A DNA stretch of 64,000 bases. Source: Tubiluchus corallicola (lineage: Eukaryota; Animalia; Priapulida). The position numbers and the translations under genes are program-made. The stretch is from contig JAQGDQ010000912.1 of the NCBI GenBank assembly GCA_030141605.1, positions 17,076 to 81,075 on the forward strand, read 5' to 3'. The notes beneath the pieces were generated by a model. That model saw only the letters and a list, made by a program, of their open reading frames with translations, made no database searches and was not told where the DNA came from. Positions 61,900 through 64,000 of the stretch are shown here, one piece after another; the stretch's first letter is position 1, and every line of letters begins with the position of its first letter.

Positions 61900-62400
61900 T
61901 TTTTAGCTACTTGAAGTGTTAATTTCAAGGATCCAATTGATACAAATGACTGGTCTTGAGTATATTCTGTCCTGTGAACTCTTCTTTGAAATGTATGTGC
62001 TCTACATTTCTAATAATTTCTTCCTTAGCCTTCATTAGTTCTTTCAAAGAAAGGGCAGTGTGCTTTGAAATAGCATTTATCTTCTTAAGTCTCTCAACAG
62101 CCATTTAAGACGCAGGTGATAAGCTACACTTTTTAGCTGATGTAGATTTTAATAATGCTTGCACAACATGTCAATGTCGTTATCACCCTTTTCTACTGCA
62201 TTAGATGTGTGAGCCACGATAGGAATTTTCTTTACTTCAGTATCATCTGAGAAATTTTTGCTTTTGATACTATCCTCGATCTTTGGCCATTTCTCTCGCT
62301 TACTCTTAAGAAATTCGGGCCGTTTATCCACCTGTTTTCCTTCACCAATTCCAATGCTGAAATTCCCCGTGTCGCTTCCTCTGCTGGATTATTTGCTCCT
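61900..62400 (-). mobile_element. Decayed BEL/Pao LTR-retrotransposon pol fragment
   Basis: NNPAEEATRG...RWINGPNFL...WP matches the Pao NPAD..SRG...W..GP.FL...WP motif; frameshifts and stops present. Confidence 0.85.
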
Positions 62401-62442
62401 TGTAGACGGTGCTGCCATTTTTGTGGTGACATTAGCCCCGAA

Positions 62443-63966
62443 ATGACAGCCAACGATGGGCTACCAAGGCTTTGTGTCTTGTCACTTCATTGATCCCATT
62501 GTTGTGGTAAAGTTAGTTCCTGGATGACAGCCGAGCGATTGGCAACAAAGGTTTTGTATCTTGTCACTTCATTGATGCCATTGTTGTGGTGAAGTTAGTT
62601 CCTGAATGACAGCCAAACGCTTGGCAAAAAAGGTTTTGTTTCTTGTCACTTCATTGATGCCATTGTTGTGGTGAAGTTAGTTCCTGAATGACAGCCATAC
62701 GATTGGCAACAAAGGTTTTGTTTCTTGTCACTTCATTGATGCCATTATTGTGGTGAAGTTAGTTCCTGAATGACAGCCATACGATTTGCAACAAAGGTTT
62801 TGTTTCTTGTCACTTCATTGATGCCATTGTTGTGGTGAAGTTAGTTCCTGAATGACAGCCATACGATTGGCAACAAAGGTTTTGTATCTTGTCACTTCAT
62901 TGATGCCATTGTTGTGGTAAAGTTAGTTCCTGGATGACAGCCAAACGATTGGCAAAAAAGGTTTTGTTTCTTGTCACTTCATTGATGCCATTGTTGTGGT
63001 GAAGTTAGTTCCTGAATGACAGCCATACGATTGGCAACAAAGGTTTTGTATCTTGTCGCTTCATTGATGCCATTATTGTGGTGAAGTTAGTTCCTGAATG
63101 ACAGCCATACGATTGGCAACAAAGGTTTTGTTTCTTGTCACTTCATTGATGCCATTGTTGTGGTGAAGTTAGTCCCTGAATGACAGCCAAACGATTGGCA
63201 ACAAAGGTTTTGTATCTTGTCACTTCATTGATGCCATTGTTGTGGTAAAGTTAGTTCCTGGATGACAGCCAAACGATTGGCAACAAAGGTTTTGTATCTT
63301 GTCACTTCATTGATGCCATTATTGTGGTAAAGTTAGTTCCTGGATGACAGCCATACGATTGGCAACAAAGGTTTTGTATCTTGTCACTTCATTGATGCCA
63401 TTGTTGTGGTAAAGTTAGTTCCTGGATGACAGCCATACGATTGGCAACAAAGGTTTTGTATCTTGTCGCTTCATTGATGCCATTGTTGTGGTAAAGTTAG
63501 TTCCTGGATGACAGCCATACGATTGGCAACAAAGGTTTTGTATCTTGTCACTTCATTGATGCCATTGTTGTGGTGAAGTTAGTTCCTGAATGACAGCCAT
63601 ACGATTGGCAACAAAGGTTTTGTATCTTGTCACTTCATTGATGCCATTGTTGTGGTAAAGTTAGTTCCTGGATGACAGCCATACGATTGGCAACAAAGGT
63701 TTTGTATCTTGTAACTTCATTGATGCCATTGTTGAGGTGAAGTTAGTTCCTGGATGACAGCCATACGATTGGCAACAAAGGTTTTGTTTCTTGTCACTTC
63801 ATTGATGCCATTGTTGTGGTGAAGTTAGTTCCTGGATGACAGCCATACGATTGTCAACAAAGGTTTTGTATCTTGTCACTTCATTGATGCCATTGTTGTG
63901 GTGAAGTTAGTTCCTGAATGACAGCCATACGATTGGCAACAAAGGTTTTGTATCTTTCACTTCATT
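62443..63966. repeat. 82-bp minisatellite, about 18 copies
   Basis: TGACAG recurs at 62525, 62607 and onward. Confidence 0.96.
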
Positions 63967-64000
63967 GTTTAAATAGCCTAATACTATTAAGTGTTTAGAT

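Overview
AT-rich, intron-rich, repeat-dense animal (invertebrate-like) genomic DNA, not prokaryotic. Splice sites and reading phases traced by eye give two head-to-head paralogous genes for predicted secreted multidomain lectins. Gene A (minus strand, ATG 25380, 14-15 coding exons, about 645-662 aa, ending near 513-545) is signal peptide - pentraxin - 2 C-type lectin domains (CTLDs). Gene B (plus strand, ATG 31513, 20 coding exons, over 919 aa, running off the window) is signal peptide - pentraxin - CTLD x3 - ShKT x2 - CTLD. The standout observation is that gene A's pentraxin domain is split by two extra phase 1-1 exons encoding a truncated CTLD and has lost its Ca2+-binding residues, while gene B keeps an intact canonical pentraxin. 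Introns hold many unrelated minisatellites (22-104 bp units), microsatellites, MITEs (piggyBac-, Kolobok-, Tc1/mariner-, hAT-like), a non-autonomous Helitron, LINE and BEL/Pao fragments, 5S- and tRNA-derived SINE-like pieces and Penelope-type hammerhead relics. The long ORFs in the supplied track are tandem-repeat artefacts. All calls are by eye; no database searches were run.
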